Shown here piece after piece: positions 34,972 through 45,787 of a stretch of DNA of 59,061 nt (position 1 is the stretch's first letter; each line of letters starts with the position of its first letter). The stretch lies in IMG/VR virus record IMGVR_UViG_3300045284_000289, positions 1 through 59,061 of that record, one strand, 5' to 3'. This DNA is from a virus (Duplodnaviria; Caudoviricetes). The notes under the pieces were generated by a model that did not search any database, was not told where the DNA came from, and saw only the letters and a program-made list of their open reading frames with translations. Both the position numbers and the translations under genes were made by a program.

Positions 34972-35223
34972 GTGGTGTCCAAGTTCTCCTACCCCAACAA
35001 GGCGTTGATCGACGCCCTGGTGGTCGCGAGGGTGATCGACGACCCGGTCCAGGTCCGTCGGGTCCTGATCGACATCCAGGGTAGCCAGCCGCCGATGGTG
35101 TACGTCGAGAAGTACGGGGACGCGGACCGTATCGCCCAGGTGATCGCTGACCAGTTCGGGCCGGCCGATCTCGTGGGCGCCCCGCGTGACGAACCACTGC
35201 AACGGGTCACCAAGGAGGTGTAG
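34972..35223 (+). CDS. Hypothetical protein
   Basis: ORF track; operon position. Confidence 0.6.
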   Translation: MVSKFSYPNKALIDALVVARVIDDPVQVRRVLIDIQGSQPPMVYVEKYGDADRIAQVIADQFGPADLVGAPRDEPLQRVTKEV

Positions 35224-35226
35224 GGC

Positions 35227-35973
35227 ATGTCCAAAGAGTCCGGTCTCGGCAACGCCTTGTACATCAACGGAATCGACGTGTCAGGCGAAGCACGCAACTG
35301 GGACGTCACCAGCCCCATGCAGATGCTGGACGTCACCGGGCTACGGAAACTCGCCAACGAACGCATCACCGGGCAACGCGCCGGCACATTCAAGTGGAAC
35401 TCCCACTTCGACCCGCTCTCCACCGGGTACCTCGCGCTGTCCGCGCTGCCGTACACGGACGCGGTCGTCACCCTCATGCACCGCGAAACCCTGGCCGCGC
35501 CCGCGCTCAACCTGGTTACCAAGGAAATCTCGTACGACCCGACCAGGGACGACAAGGGGCAAGTGATCTTCGGGGTGGAGGAACAGACCAACGCGTCCTG
35601 GTCGGACTGGGGTGTGCTGGCCACCCCGGCGAAAAGGGTCGACACCGCCGGCACCAACGGCGCTGGTGTCGACCACGGTGGGGTCATCGCGTTGCCGGTG
35701 GGATTGCAGGCGTACCTGCATGTCCACGCGTTCACCGGCACCAACATCACGGTGAAACTCCAACACTCCGACGACGACGCGGTGGGTGACCCGTACGCGG
35801 ACGTCACCGGGGGTGCCTTCACCGCGGTCACCGCGGCCCCGGGTGGGCAGATGTTGGCCACCAGCCGAAGTTTGCAGATCAAACGGTGGGTGCGGGTGGT
35901 CACCACTGGCACGTTCACCACGTGCACGTTCAGTGTGGCGGTCGTGGTGAACGACGTCACGGTGGCGCTGTGA
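35227..35973 (+). CDS. Tail tube-like structural protein
   Basis: MSKESGLG..LDVTGLRKLANER; AAGGAGG RBS. Confidence 0.7.
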   Translation: MSKESGLGNALYINGIDVSGEARNWDVTSPMQMLDVTGLRKLANERITGQRAGTFKWNSHFDPLSTGYLALSALPYTDAVVTLMHRETLAAPALNLVTKEISYDPTRDDKGQVIFGVEEQTNASWSDWGVLATPAKRVDTAGTNGAGVDHGGVIALPVGLQAYLHVHAFTGTNITVKLQHSDDDAVGDPYADVTGGAFTAVTAAPGGQMLATSRSLQIKRWVRVVTTGTFTTCTFSVAVVVNDVTVAL

Positions 35974-36437
35974 ACGCCCGTTCACCGGCGTTGCCGCCGG
36001 AACTGCGCAGGACGTTCGAGGTGGACCGTCCGGTGGGCACGCACTGGCGGGTGGTGGACTGCGCGACCGCCGCCCCGTACGGGGACTGCCCGCACTACGC
36101 GGACGGGTTCGACTTCGAGTTCAACCCCGCCCGCCCGGACCTGGACGACATTCGGGCCGGGTTGCGGGCTGCTGGCTATCGGTGGGTGGAGGCGCCGGCC
36201 GTGCGCAACCCGGGGTTCGTGGGGTTCTTTTTCCCCTCGGAGCAACGGTGCCTGAAGTCGAGGCGCCCCGATTTCCAGCATGTCGTTCCCCGTGACCGGC
36301 CGCCCAGGTTGCGGGTGTTCCGGGGTGACTGGCGTGCCGACCTGGGCACGGAGATCACGCACACGCGCCCGGAGGACTTTGCCGAGCACCTGTGGGAAAC
36401 GGTCGACGTGCTGCAAACCAAGTTTCAGGAAGGGTGA
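35970..36437 (+). CDS. Hypothetical tail-region protein
   Basis: GTGA coupling. Confidence 0.65.
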   Translation: MNARSPALPPELRRTFEVDRPVGTHWRVVDCATAAPYGDCPHYADGFDFEFNPARPDLDDIRAGLRAAGYRWVEAPAVRNPGFVGFFFPSEQRCLKSRRPDFQHVVPRDRPPRLRVFRGDWRADLGTEITHTRPEDFAEHLWETVDVLQTKFQEG

Positions 36438-36443
36438 CCTTAC

Positions 36444-36851
36444 ATGGCGAAGATCAATGGTCTCGGGTTGACGACGTTCAACATCGACGACTCGGGCGGT
36501 ACACCCCGCGACGTGAAGAACGACTTGGGGAACTTCGGCATCAGCACGCCCAGGGCGGTGCAGGACGTGACCGGCCTGGACAAGTCCGCGAACGAACGGC
36601 TGCTGCTGCTGGCCGACTACGCCCTGGACACGTCGGGGTTTTTCAACCCCACCGCAACGAAACTGCACGACGTGGCCAAGACGATCTCGTCGACGTCCGT
36701 CGCCCGGAGTGTGGGGATCACGTTCGGTGGTGTCTCCCTCAACGCGGAGATGTACGGCACCGACTACCAGGTGACGCGTGCGGAGGGCGGCGCGCTCACC
36801 TGCAAGATCCCCTGGGTGCTGGCCGACGGCACCGTACCGACCTGGTCCTGA
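36444..36851 (+). CDS. Major tail tube-like protein
   Basis: MAKINGLG..QDVTGLDKSANER; paralogous to the N-terminus of 35227. Confidence 0.75.
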   Translation: MAKINGLGLTTFNIDDSGGTPRDVKNDLGNFGISTPRAVQDVTGLDKSANERLLLLADYALDTSGFFNPTATKLHDVAKTISSTSVARSVGITFGGVSLNAEMYGTDYQVTRAEGGALTCKIPWVLADGTVPTWS

Positions 36852-36852
36852 C

Positions 36853-37356
36853 GTGGGGTACCGGCGCCCGGTCGCGTTCCACGACCTGGAGATTAGCGAA
36901 CTGGCTGGCCTCCAGGTCAGGGTGAGGCACATCTCCGGTGAGGGCCTGATCGAGTATGCCAGGCTTGACCCGCTGCCCACCCACACCGATCCGTTCTCGG
37001 TGCTGCCGCTGTGGGCCGAGTTCGTCGACAGCTGGAACCTGGTGGACGGGGATGGGCGGGCGGTGCCACCTACAGCGGCTGCCCTGAAGGGTCAGGATCC
37101 CGCGTTCATCCGGGCGGTGCTCGGCGCCTACCTGGTGTCGCTGAACGAGCCCTACCCAGCGGCCGCCCCGGCACGGTACGAGGCCCCTCCCGGGGCGGCC
37201 GCGGCACCAGTCGCAGACGTGCCGCGTCGAGAGTACGACGCGCCCGACGCTGAGGACATGGACATCCCCCCCGCGCCGGGCCCGGACCTGTCGCACCTGG
37301 AGATGTATCTGCATGACGCGGCCCCCGTCCAGGCTCCCGAGCCGGTCCCAGCGTAA
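36853..37356 (+). CDS. Tail assembly chaperone
   Basis: SWNLVDGDGRAVPPT; directly upstream of the TMP. Confidence 0.65.
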   Translation: MGYRRPVAFHDLEISELAGLQVRVRHISGEGLIEYARLDPLPTHTDPFSVLPLWAEFVDSWNLVDGDGRAVPPTAAALKGQDPAFIRAVLGAYLVSLNEPYPAAAPARYEAPPGAAAAPVADVPRREYDAPDAEDMDIPPAPGPDLSHLEMYLHDAAPVQAPEPVPA

Positions 37357-37370
37357 GGAGGAGGTGGGCC

Positions 37371-40300
37371 GTGGGTAACGAAGTCAAGATCAAAGTCCGG
37401 TCTGACGAGACCGCGGTCAACTTCGACAAAACCCAGGCCGGGGTAGCCGCGCTCCGTGCCCAGGCCACCAAGGACGCGGCGGCCATGGCCGCCGCGTCGA
37501 AACAGTTGGAGGAGGCGCGGCAACGGGAAACCGATGCCGCGACCCGCGCCGGGACCGCTGAACAGAAACTCGGCGGGATCCTCGCGGAGAACCGGCGTGC
37601 GGTCCGTGATCTGGGAGACGCGGAAGCTGACCGCACCAAGAACCTTCAGGCCGCCGCACAGGCCGCGTCCCAGGTCACGGCGGCTGAGGAGATCCTGGCG
37701 CGGAAACGCGGAGAGGGATCCCGTGGCGCGACGTCGGGCGGGATCGGCGTGGACCCGGCCATGGCCGACCAGCAGTCCGCGACGGTCCAGGCCGCGATAG
37801 ACCGGTTGGCCGCCGCCCGCCGCCGTCAGGCCGACGTGGCCGGTCAGTTGCGGGTCGCGGAGGAACGCCTGCAAGCGGCGTACGCGTCGAACGCGCAGGC
37901 GGTGGCACAGGCCACGGCACGGGTGCAGGCGTCCCAGTCGAAGGAGCTGGATGCGGTCGGGAAGCTGAGGGTCGCGGAGGAACAGCTACGGAAGGCGCAA
38001 GCCGACGAGTCCGCGACTGGGGCACAGCTGGCGGCGGCGGAGGAACGGGTTGCGAAGGCTCGCCGGGACGTGGAGGGCGCGACCGCTGGGGTGACGGACG
38101 CGGAGAACCGGCTACGTCAGGTCCGGGACGAACAGCCGAACGTGGCGGCGGCGGAGGAGTCGCGGGCGAAGAAGCTACGGGACACCGAGTCTGCGGCTGC
38201 CGCTGCTGCGGCGGCGGAGCGTCGGTTGCAGGACGCACGGGATGACGAGTCGAAGAGGTCAGGGCCGTCGTTCGACAAGACCAAGTCCTTTTTGGACAAA
38301 AGTCAACTGTTGTCAGAGGCCAAGTCCTACGGGATCGAGGCCGGCGCGGTGCTGGCCGGCGCGTTGGGTGCGGGGATCTCCACTGTCGGCGCGGCCGGTT
38401 TGTTCATCGGGATCGCTGCCGCGGCACAGTCGTCGAACACACAGATCCGGGACGCGTACTCCTCGATGTGGGAACAGGTCAAGGCCGGCGCCTATGAAGC
38501 GTCCAGCGTCCTAGCGGACGACTTCATCAACTCGGCACAGACCCTGGGGAACACCTTCAACACGTTGAAACCCCAGATGGCGGAAGCGTTCCGGGCGTCG
38601 CAACCGGTGTTGAACGACCTGGTCGATGGGGTGGACCGAATGGCCCGGTCCGCGATGCCGGGCCTGGTGACCGCGACACAGGCGGCAGGGCAGGCCAGCA
38701 ACGGTCTGGCGGACATGATGGACTCGGCGGGGAAGGCGGTAGCGTCGTTCTTCACCGAGTCGAGCAAGGGCGCGGCGGCAGGGGGGGACGCGTTCCGCGC
38801 GTTCGGGACGATCGTGGAACGCCTGGGGACGTTCGCGGGGAAGATCCTCGCTGAGCTGGCGAACAACTCGGGCTCGGTGTTGCAGCCGCTGGTGGGGTTC
38901 GTGGACGCGGCGGCCGGCGCGATCGAGAACCTGGCGCACGTGGCGCTGCCGGGGCTCGCGTCTGGGGCCGGGTTCGCGTTCTCGGGCCTGACGCTGCTGG
39001 TGAACCTGGCGTCCTCGCTGCTGACGGTGCTGGGGCCACTGGTGCCGGTGATCATGTCCGTGGCGTCCGCGCTGAAGTTGATCGACATGGTGTCGTTCGG
39101 TCAGGTGGGGAAGTCCTGGGGCAGTTTCAAGGGCGCCGTCAGCGAGGGCGAAGGGATCTTCGGGAAGGTCGCGAAGGGCGCGGGGGCGTTCGCGACCACG
39201 TTGGGGCCAGTGGGGATCGCGGCCGGGGTGGTGGCCGCGGGCTTGGGATATTTGGCGCAGGAAGACGCGAACGCGGCGGGCATGGCGGAGGCGCACGCGA
39301 AACGCGTGGACATGTTGACGGACGCGTTGCGGAAATCCAATGGTGTGATTAACCAGAATGTGCGGGTGTCGGCGGCGCAGGCGTTGCAGAACATGGCGGT
39401 GAACAAGGCGTATCAAGAGGGCGACACGATCAAAAAGAACATGATGCAAGGCGCTAACGAGTTGAACATCAGCCAAGAGTTGTTGACTAACGCGTATTTG
39501 GGGCAGGGTAACGCGTTGGGGCAGTTGAATCACCAGTTGGACACGATCATGTCGCCGTACAAAGACTACAACGACATGGTCGCGCATGCGAACCCGGAAG
39601 AGCAAAAACGGTGGATGCTCGCGGAATTGATGAAGAAAACCATTAACGAGCAGCAAGGCGAATTTGCGGCGGCGGCGAAAGCCCAGGCGGATTTTGCGGC
39701 GGCGGCCGGCATGTCGACAACGACCGTCTCCAAGCTGGCCGGGGAGTTCGGGACCTTGGCGGACAAGGAAGCGACGGCCGAAACGAAGCTGTCCGCGTTG
39801 ATGAAGATCATGGACACGCTCGCTGGCCGGAACACCGATATCGAACACGTCACGGAGGCGTGGGAAAAGTTCATCGACGACTTTAACAAGAAGGACATGA
39901 ACTTCACCGACAAAGCAGCCGGTGGGAAAAAGTATGTACAGTCCCTGATCGACGCATCGGGGCAGATCAAACTCACCACCGAGGATGGTCGGAAACTGTA
40001 CGACACGGTCACTGAGGGCGAAAAGGATTTCGATAATACTGCTATTGCGATGAAGAATGCCGGCGCGTCAACCGAGGATATCCGGGCGAAGCTTCAAACA
40101 ATGCGTGACGCGTTCGTAAAGAATGCGGAGGCGATGGGGTTCACCGCGCAACAGGCGGAGGCGTTGGCCACCAAGTACGGGCTGGTCCCCTCGACTGTGT
40201 CAACGGCTGTGTCGTCGAACTTGCAACCGGAGATCCAACGCGCGCTTGAGCTGGGCGGCACGATCCGGGCATTGCCGGACGGCTCGTTCGAGGTCACCGC

Positions 40301-40769
40301 GAATACCGCGCAGGCGCAGGGCACGATCAACAAACTGATCCAGACCAACGACGGCAAAGTCATCCACATCTACGTCCAGACGTCCGGCGCGCAGTTGAAC
40401 GTGTCGAACGGATCGTTCGCCCGGTTGCAGGCCGCTGGTGGCCCGGCGGCGCACGCGGCGGAAGGCGGTGCCCGCACCGGTCCGACCACGGTCAACGAAC
40501 GCGGACGCCAAGAAGGTTTCACCACCCCGGGCGGTGACACGTACCTGCTGCCGATGGGTGGCCAGGTCATCCCCAACGCCAACATCCAGTCCATGGCAGA
40601 CCACGCCGCGTTCCGGGCCGGTCACCCAGCCGGCGGTGGTGTGACACAGCTCGAACTGCTAGTCCGGTCGGACGGTAGCGATATCGGTGAGTTCTTCGCG
40701 GGCCTGCTGAAAAAGTATGTGAGGGTCGCTGGTGGCGGGAACGTACAGCTGGCGTTGGGGCGTGCGTGA
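37371..40769 (+). CDS. Tape measure protein
   Basis: 1132 aa, Ala-rich coiled coil, hydrophobic middle, C-terminal AEGG..VNERG.E. Confidence 0.92.
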   Translation: MGNEVKIKVRSDETAVNFDKTQAGVAALRAQATKDAAAMAAASKQLEEARQRETDAATRAGTAEQKLGGILAENRRAVRDLGDAEADRTKNLQAAAQAASQVTAAEEILARKRGEGSRGATSGGIGVDPAMADQQSATVQAAIDRLAAARRRQADVAGQLRVAEERLQAAYASNAQAVAQATARVQASQSKELDAVGKLRVAEEQLRKAQADESATGAQLAAAEERVAKARRDVEGATAGVTDAENRLRQVRDEQPNVAAAEESRAKKLRDTESAAAAAAAAERRLQDARDDESKRSGPSFDKTKSFLDKSQLLSEAKSYGIEAGAVLAGALGAGISTVGAAGLFIGIAAAAQSSNTQIRDAYSSMWEQVKAGAYEASSVLADDFINSAQTLGNTFNTLKPQMAEAFRASQPVLNDLVDGVDRMARSAMPGLVTATQAAGQASNGLADMMDSAGKAVASFFTESSKGAAAGGDAFRAFGTIVERLGTFAGKILAELANNSGSVLQPLVGFVDAAAGAIENLAHVALPGLASGAGFAFSGLTLLVNLASSLLTVLGPLVPVIMSVASALKLIDMVSFGQVGKSWGSFKGAVSEGEGIFGKVAKGAGAFATTLGPVGIAAGVVAAGLGYLAQEDANAAGMAEAHAKRVDMLTDALRKSNGVINQNVRVSAAQALQNMAVNKAYQEGDTIKKNMMQGANELNISQELLTNAYLGQGNALGQLNHQLDTIMSPYKDYNDMVAHANPEEQKRWMLAELMKKTINEQQGEFAAAAKAQADFAAAAGMSTTTVSKLAGEFGTLADKEATAETKLSALMKIMDTLAGRNTDIEHVTEAWEKFIDDFNKKDMNFTDKAAGGKKYVQSLIDASGQIKLTTEDGRKLYDTVTEGEKDFDNTAIAMKNAGASTEDIRAKLQTMRDAFVKNAEAMGFTAQQAEALATKYGLVPSTVSTAVSSNLQPEIQRALELGGTIRALPDGSFEVTANTAQAQGTINKLIQTNDGKVIHIYVQTSGAQLNVSNGSFARLQAAGGPAAHAAEGGARTGPTTVNERGRQEGFTTPGGDTYLLPMGGQVIPNANIQSMADHAAFRAGHPAGGGVTQLELLVRSDGSDIGEFFAGLLKKYVRVAGGGNVQLALGRA

Positions 40770-43546
40770 TGGCCAAGGTCGGGTTGATGGACCCCTATGT
40801 CGAGGTGTGTTTGGGCGGTCTGTGGACGGACATCACGGGGGACGTGCGGTATCAGGGCGGTCGGGGTATCGACTTGCAGACCGGGTCCACTCCCGAGTCA
40901 CCCCAGGTGAACTCCTACTGTCGGTTGCAGCTGGACGACAGGAGCGGGACATGGTCGCCGCGTAACGCGACCGGCGCGAACTACGGCAAGCTGTTGCGGA
41001 ACACGCCGATCCGGGTGGGGAGCCGGATCGTGCACGACCTGGACCGGTCCAGGACGGCGTCGAACGGGTGGGGCACGGGCAGCGAGGGAACCCCGACGGC
41101 GTACGCGTGGTCGACCACGGGTACCGCCGGGGACTATGCGGTCACCGCCGGGGTGGGGACGCATTCCCTGTCGTCGACGGCGTCCCGGTTGTCGTACATG
41201 TCCGTCATGGACATGTCCAATGTGGAGGCCCGGTTCACGTTCCAGCTGCCGTTCTCCAACACCACCGGCGGGTCGGTGTTCACCAACATCGCGTTGCGGG
41301 GGACGGGCGCGGGGGTGGCGTGGTACCGGGCGCAGGTGGCGGTCACCGCGGCGGAGGCGGTCACGGTGCAGGCGATCGACACCGGCGGCGCGGCGGTGGG
41401 GTCCCCGACCACGGTCGCTGGCCTGACCCACTCGGGGCAGGCGTTGCGGGTGGCGGCGCACATGGACGGCGAGACCATGCGGGTCAAGGTGTGGCAGGCC
41501 AGCGACAGTGAGCCGTACTCGTGGGCGCTGGAGGTCCACGGTCTGGGTGTGACGTTGTCCGAGCCGGTGCACGGGTGGGTAGGAATCGAATCCAGCAAGG
41601 CGGCCGGCAACAGCAACGGCACCTTCTCCGTTTCCTACACGAACGTAGAAGTCCGGTCGCAGCGGTTCGAAGGCGAGACCAGCGAGTGGCCACTCGACCC
41701 TGAGGAGTCCGGCAACGACCTCGTGGTCAACATCGAAGCGGCCGGCCAAACCAGGCGGTACCGGGCCGGCACCGAAGTGCTGCGGTCCCCCATGTATCGC
41801 GCGTTCCACAACGCCCCGTCGCTGGTGGCGTACTGGCCGTGCGAGGAAGGATCCGGGGCGACAGAGTTCGCGTCCGCGCTCACCGGTGGGGGCACGCTGG
41901 ACGTGCTGTCCGGCACCCCGCGCTTGGCGTCCGACTCCATTTTCTCCGCCAGCCAACCCCTTCCGGTCGTGGCGAAATCGGTGTGGGAAGGGCTGGTGAA
42001 CGGGTACGGGATCCCGTCACCGGACGTGATCCAGTGGCGGTGGATCCAGCGGATCGACATCGGCACGGCGGAACCGCCAGACACCGCGACGATCATCCGG
42101 TTTAAAAACTTCGGGTCCGCATATTTCTACATCATCCGTTACAACACGGGCGGTTCGTTGACCCTGGAAGTCCAGGACTACTTCGGGTCCATTGTGGACT
42201 CGGATGTGTTGTCGTTGGAAGTCCGCAACATCGGCGGCCGGTGTTCGTTCACCACTACCCAGAACGGCGGCAACGTCGACTGGGCCTACACGATCACCGA
42301 CGTGGACACCCAGGTCACCCAGACCGCCACCGGCAGCACCGCCGGGCAGACGATCGGCATGGCCGGCGGGGTCGCGGTCGGATCCGACGGCACCCTGGAC
42401 GCGGTCACGATCGGGCACATCATGTGCCAGACCGCGTCGACCGCGACCCTGGACTATGCGTCCGCGGTGTTCGGGTGGCAGGGAGAAGCCGCGCCGGCCC
42501 GGCCGTTGCGGGTGTTGGGCACCGAGGAGGGCATCCCGTACCAGCCGGAAGGGGACACGTCGAAGGGCCCGGCCATGGGCACCCAGCCGCTCGGCGCGCC
42601 GATCGGGATCTGGGACCAGGCGCAGGTCGTCAACCAGGGGATCCAGTTCGAACCGGTGTACAGGGCCGGCATCGGGTACATCACGTTCGGGTCGCTGGTG
42701 AACCGCGCGGAACGGGTCACCCTGGACTACTCGACCGGTCAGCTGTTCGGGAAACTACAGATCGTCGACGACGATCTGTTGACAGAGAACAACGTTGTCG
42801 TCACGAAGTCGGACACCAGCGATTCTCCCGGGTCGACGGTGACCGCGACACAAACCACCGGCCCCATGTCCACACTGGCGCCTGGGCTCGGCGGGATCGG
42901 CCCGGTGTCCAAACCACACACGGTGAACGTCTACACGATCGCGGACGCCCGCAACGTCGCCGGTTTCCTCCTGTTCCGGGGCACCTTGGACAAGCCCCGG
43001 TTGCCGGCGGTGAAAATGCTGCTGGCCAACCCCCGCATCACGGCATCACCGGCCCTGTTCCAGTCCGCCCTGGACCTCCGAGAAGGCGGCTTCCACAAGG
43101 TCACCGGCCTGCAAACCCGCATGATCGCGGACTCGATCCGGACCGTGGTGATCGGCCGCACCGAAAGGTTGACCCAGTTCGAACACGACATCACGTGGGC
43201 CGGGCTACCGGGGGAAATGTATGTGGCGACCCGCGTGTCGGACGGCGCGACACGACGGTCACGGGTGCAGGCGTCCGCGATCTACTTGAACGCCAACATA
43301 AACTCTACGACCTTCACCGTCGTGGTGAAGTCACTTGACGGATTCCTGTTGTCCACCACCGCTGTCCCGTACGACATCACGCTCGGCGGGGAACGGATGA
43401 CGGTCACCGCCTGTGTGGGCGCGGCCAGCCCACAAACCCTGACGGTGACCCGGTCGGTCAACGGCGTGGTCAAAGCACAGGTCGCCGACGACTCCAACAA
43501 CGCCCGCATCCGGATCTACGACGGCGCGCGGGTGTCGCTCTCCTGA
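40769..43546 (+). CDS. Minor tail protein (distal tail/hub plus beta-sandwich domains)
   Basis: WTDITGDVR..LDDRSGTWSP; LVAYWPCEEG; follows the TMP. Confidence 0.8.
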   Translation: MAKVGLMDPYVEVCLGGLWTDITGDVRYQGGRGIDLQTGSTPESPQVNSYCRLQLDDRSGTWSPRNATGANYGKLLRNTPIRVGSRIVHDLDRSRTASNGWGTGSEGTPTAYAWSTTGTAGDYAVTAGVGTHSLSSTASRLSYMSVMDMSNVEARFTFQLPFSNTTGGSVFTNIALRGTGAGVAWYRAQVAVTAAEAVTVQAIDTGGAAVGSPTTVAGLTHSGQALRVAAHMDGETMRVKVWQASDSEPYSWALEVHGLGVTLSEPVHGWVGIESSKAAGNSNGTFSVSYTNVEVRSQRFEGETSEWPLDPEESGNDLVVNIEAAGQTRRYRAGTEVLRSPMYRAFHNAPSLVAYWPCEEGSGATEFASALTGGGTLDVLSGTPRLASDSIFSASQPLPVVAKSVWEGLVNGYGIPSPDVIQWRWIQRIDIGTAEPPDTATIIRFKNFGSAYFYIIRYNTGGSLTLEVQDYFGSIVDSDVLSLEVRNIGGRCSFTTTQNGGNVDWAYTITDVDTQVTQTATGSTAGQTIGMAGGVAVGSDGTLDAVTIGHIMCQTASTATLDYASAVFGWQGEAAPARPLRVLGTEEGIPYQPEGDTSKGPAMGTQPLGAPIGIWDQAQVVNQGIQFEPVYRAGIGYITFGSLVNRAERVTLDYSTGQLFGKLQIVDDDLLTENNVVVTKSDTSDSPGSTVTATQTTGPMSTLAPGLGGIGPVSKPHTVNVYTIADARNVAGFLLFRGTLDKPRLPAVKMLLANPRITASPALFQSALDLREGGFHKVTGLQTRMIADSIRTVVIGRTERLTQFEHDITWAGLPGEMYVATRVSDGATRRSRVQASAIYLNANINSTTFTVVVKSLDGFLLSTTAVPYDITLGGERMTVTACVGAASPQTLTVTRSVNGVVKAQVADDSNNARIRIYDGARVSLS

Positions 43547-43562
43547 AAGGTGGTGGTGACCG

Positions 43563-44027
43563 GTGGCGCTTCTACCGGCGGCGGGTACGGACTGGGACCC
43601 GGTCGCGGAACAGCTGGCGTTGGCCGCGCTGCTCGCTGATTTCTCCTCCTCAGCGTCGGTCGCCACGGCACAGACGCGCAGCAATAACGCGTTCGGTGAC
43701 CTCGCGACGGTGGGCCCGTCGGTGACGATCACATCCAAGGGGACGATCGCGTTCTGCGTGTGGGGCGGCATTGTGTTCGGCAACGTCGCCAGCGCGTCGG
43801 GCCGTATCGCGGTGGCCATCTCGGGTGCCACGACGTTGGCGGCGGCGGCGGCCAACGGGTTTTTCGCGTCGGAGAACGGCGGTTTGGGTGTGGGTAGTTC
43901 CGGGAGTATATGGCGCGCGTATGCGATCACCCCGGGCGCGAACACGTACACCTTGAAATATAACAATATCGCGGCGAACGGCACCGCGACGTTCCAGGAC
44001 CGATGGTTAACAGTGATCGCACCGTAA
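43563..44027 (+). CDS. Minor tail protein
   Basis: Beta-rich; ITPGANTYTLKY. Confidence 0.65.
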   Translation: MALLPAAGTDWDPVAEQLALAALLADFSSSASVATAQTRSNNAFGDLATVGPSVTITSKGTIAFCVWGGIVFGNVASASGRIAVAISGATTLAAAAANGFFASENGGLGVGSSGSIWRAYAITPGANTYTLKYNNIAANGTATFQDRWLTVIAP

Positions 44028-44030
44028 GGA

Positions 44031-44378
44031 GTGTTCCCTTTGGTTGGCAACATATACGTGGAGGTGGCGCCGATGTACCACGCGGCGCTGTGGGACGGGG
44101 TTGACCCGGGCCCGATCGACGCGTTGATCGGCGGCCTGTTCGGTGAGGACTACCTGGGGTCCGAGCCGGACCTGGACCAGGGGTCGGATGGCTGGTTGCG
44201 GGTCAAGGGCAAGGACAAGCTGTGGTTCCGGGGGTCGGACAGGATGCCGATCCCGCAGGGGCACGTGTTGATCTACGGGCCGGTGTACAGCGACAGTGAT
44301 TTGCAGCCGGGTACGTGGCAGTACATCACAGGAGCGCAGTTCGCGGCCCGGTTCTCGAAGATGGAGGAGGTGACGTAG
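44031..44378 (+). CDS. Hypothetical protein
   Basis: ORF track. Confidence 0.55.
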   Translation: MFPLVGNIYVEVAPMYHAALWDGVDPGPIDALIGGLFGEDYLGSEPDLDQGSDGWLRVKGKDKLWFRGSDRMPIPQGHVLIYGPVYSDSDLQPGTWQYITGAQFAARFSKMEEVT

Positions 44379-45371
44379 ATGGTTCAGGTACTGGACTATT
44401 CGGCTGGGTTCCCTGGCGCGCAAGCGATCCGTGCCGCCGGGTACGCGGGGGCGGTGCGGTACATCGGGTTCCCCGGTCGCCGCAAATGCACCACCCGCGC
44501 CGAGCTGGATGACTTCACCGCACACCAGCTCGGCATGGCGTTGATCTTTGAAGACACGTTGACGACGTGGCGCACGGGCCGCGCGGGGGGGCAGCGTTCG
44601 GCGCAGTTGGCGCGCGCACACGCGACCAGCATCGGGTGGCCGACCGGATACCCGATCTACTTCGCGACCGACCAGGACGTGGTCACCGCCGCCGAGTTCG
44701 CGGCGATGCTGGAGTACCTGCGTGGCGCGGGTGACGTGCTCGGCGGCCGCCTGGTGGGCGTGTACGGCGAGGCGGACGTGATCGACGCGGCCCGCACGGC
44801 CGGGGTGGCGTCCTGGTTTTGGCAGACCGCGGCGTGGTCGCGGGGCCGTAAGACCACCTGCAACCTGTACCAGCACGTGGGGACGGTCTATGTGGGTGGT
44901 GTCGCGTGCGACGTGAACGACGTGGACACCCCGATGTCGTGGGGGCAGCACACCGGTTCGACCAGCTCACTGATGGAGGATGACGTGGCTTTCACGGACA
45001 AGATCACCGTTGCTTCACCCGGGGACCGTAGCTACACCGAGTTCGGTGAGGCGGCGAAGTTCCTCGGCGACGCGTACTTCTGGTCCGCGGACATCTACAA
45101 GATGATGATTGGGCAGGTGCTGCCGGCGTTGACGGCGATCGCGGCGAACCACGGCGCGGATCCGGACGTGGTCACCGCGGCGATCGGGGACGCGGTGAAG
45201 GCGGGTACCGAGTCGGCCATGGTCACCACGATCCTGCCGGCGTTGGGGCCGTTGGTGCAGGCGGCGGTGGCGGGTGCGGTGGGTGAGGATCGGGCGGCGG
45301 ACGCGGAGGCGATCAGCGCGGCGATCTTGCAGAGCCTGGCGGCCAAGATCACCGCCGCCCCGACTGGCTGA
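44379..45371 (+). CDS. Endolysin, DUF1906 (GH25-like) glycoside hydrolase
   Basis: LDYSA..AGYAGAVRYI, PIYFATDQD, GVYG, WQTAAWSRG, CDVND. Confidence 0.88.
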   Translation: MVQVLDYSAGFPGAQAIRAAGYAGAVRYIGFPGRRKCTTRAELDDFTAHQLGMALIFEDTLTTWRTGRAGGQRSAQLARAHATSIGWPTGYPIYFATDQDVVTAAEFAAMLEYLRGAGDVLGGRLVGVYGEADVIDAARTAGVASWFWQTAAWSRGRKTTCNLYQHVGTVYVGGVACDVNDVDTPMSWGQHTGSTSSLMEDDVAFTDKITVASPGDRSYTEFGEAAKFLGDAYFWSADIYKMMIGQVLPALTAIAANHGADPDVVTAAIGDAVKAGTESAMVTTILPALGPLVQAAVAGAVGEDRAADAEAISAAILQSLAAKITAAPTG

Positions 45372-45394
45372 CACGCGTCCGCGCGGGGGAAACT

Positions 45395-45787
45395 GTGGTG
45401 AACGATTATGAGAGGGACCCGTTCAAGGTTTTTGTGTTGGCCATTTCCACGGTGATCTCGCCGATTATGTTCGTCCGGTTCGATCATTTGGCGGGTGGCA
45501 CGCTGCACACGTTCCCGTCCCCGTTCGGACAGATTTTCCTGGCGTGGCTGTTCCTGTCGTCGGGGACGGCACTGTATGGGGTGATTCGGCAGCGGAATGT
45601 GTCGGGCGTCCTGTGGGAGCGGACAGGGATGTACGGGGTCGCGTTCCTGTTCGTGACTTACGGTGCGTGGGCGGGGGTGGTGTTCGGGGGTCCCGCGTTC
45701 GGGTTCGCGTCACTCCTGATCTCCCTCGGGCTGGCGGCTATCGTGCGGATCAGGCAGATCAACAGGCGGCGGCGGAAAGCGGGGTGA
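45395..45787 (+). CDS. Four-TM lysis-region membrane protein
   Basis: Hydrophobic; lysis cassette position. Confidence 0.7.
   Translation: MVNDYERDPFKVFVLAISTVISPIMFVRFDHLAGGTLHTFPSPFGQIFLAWLFLSSGTALYGVIRQRNVSGVLWERTGMYGVAFLFVTYGAWAGVVFGGPAFGFASLLISLGLAAIVRIRQINRRRRKAG

Noticed and set aside
36853-37370. Programmed frameshift in the tail assembly chaperone
   Set aside because: The TMP starts 14 nt after the stop, leaving no room for a downstream G-T ORF; no convincing slippery site was identified
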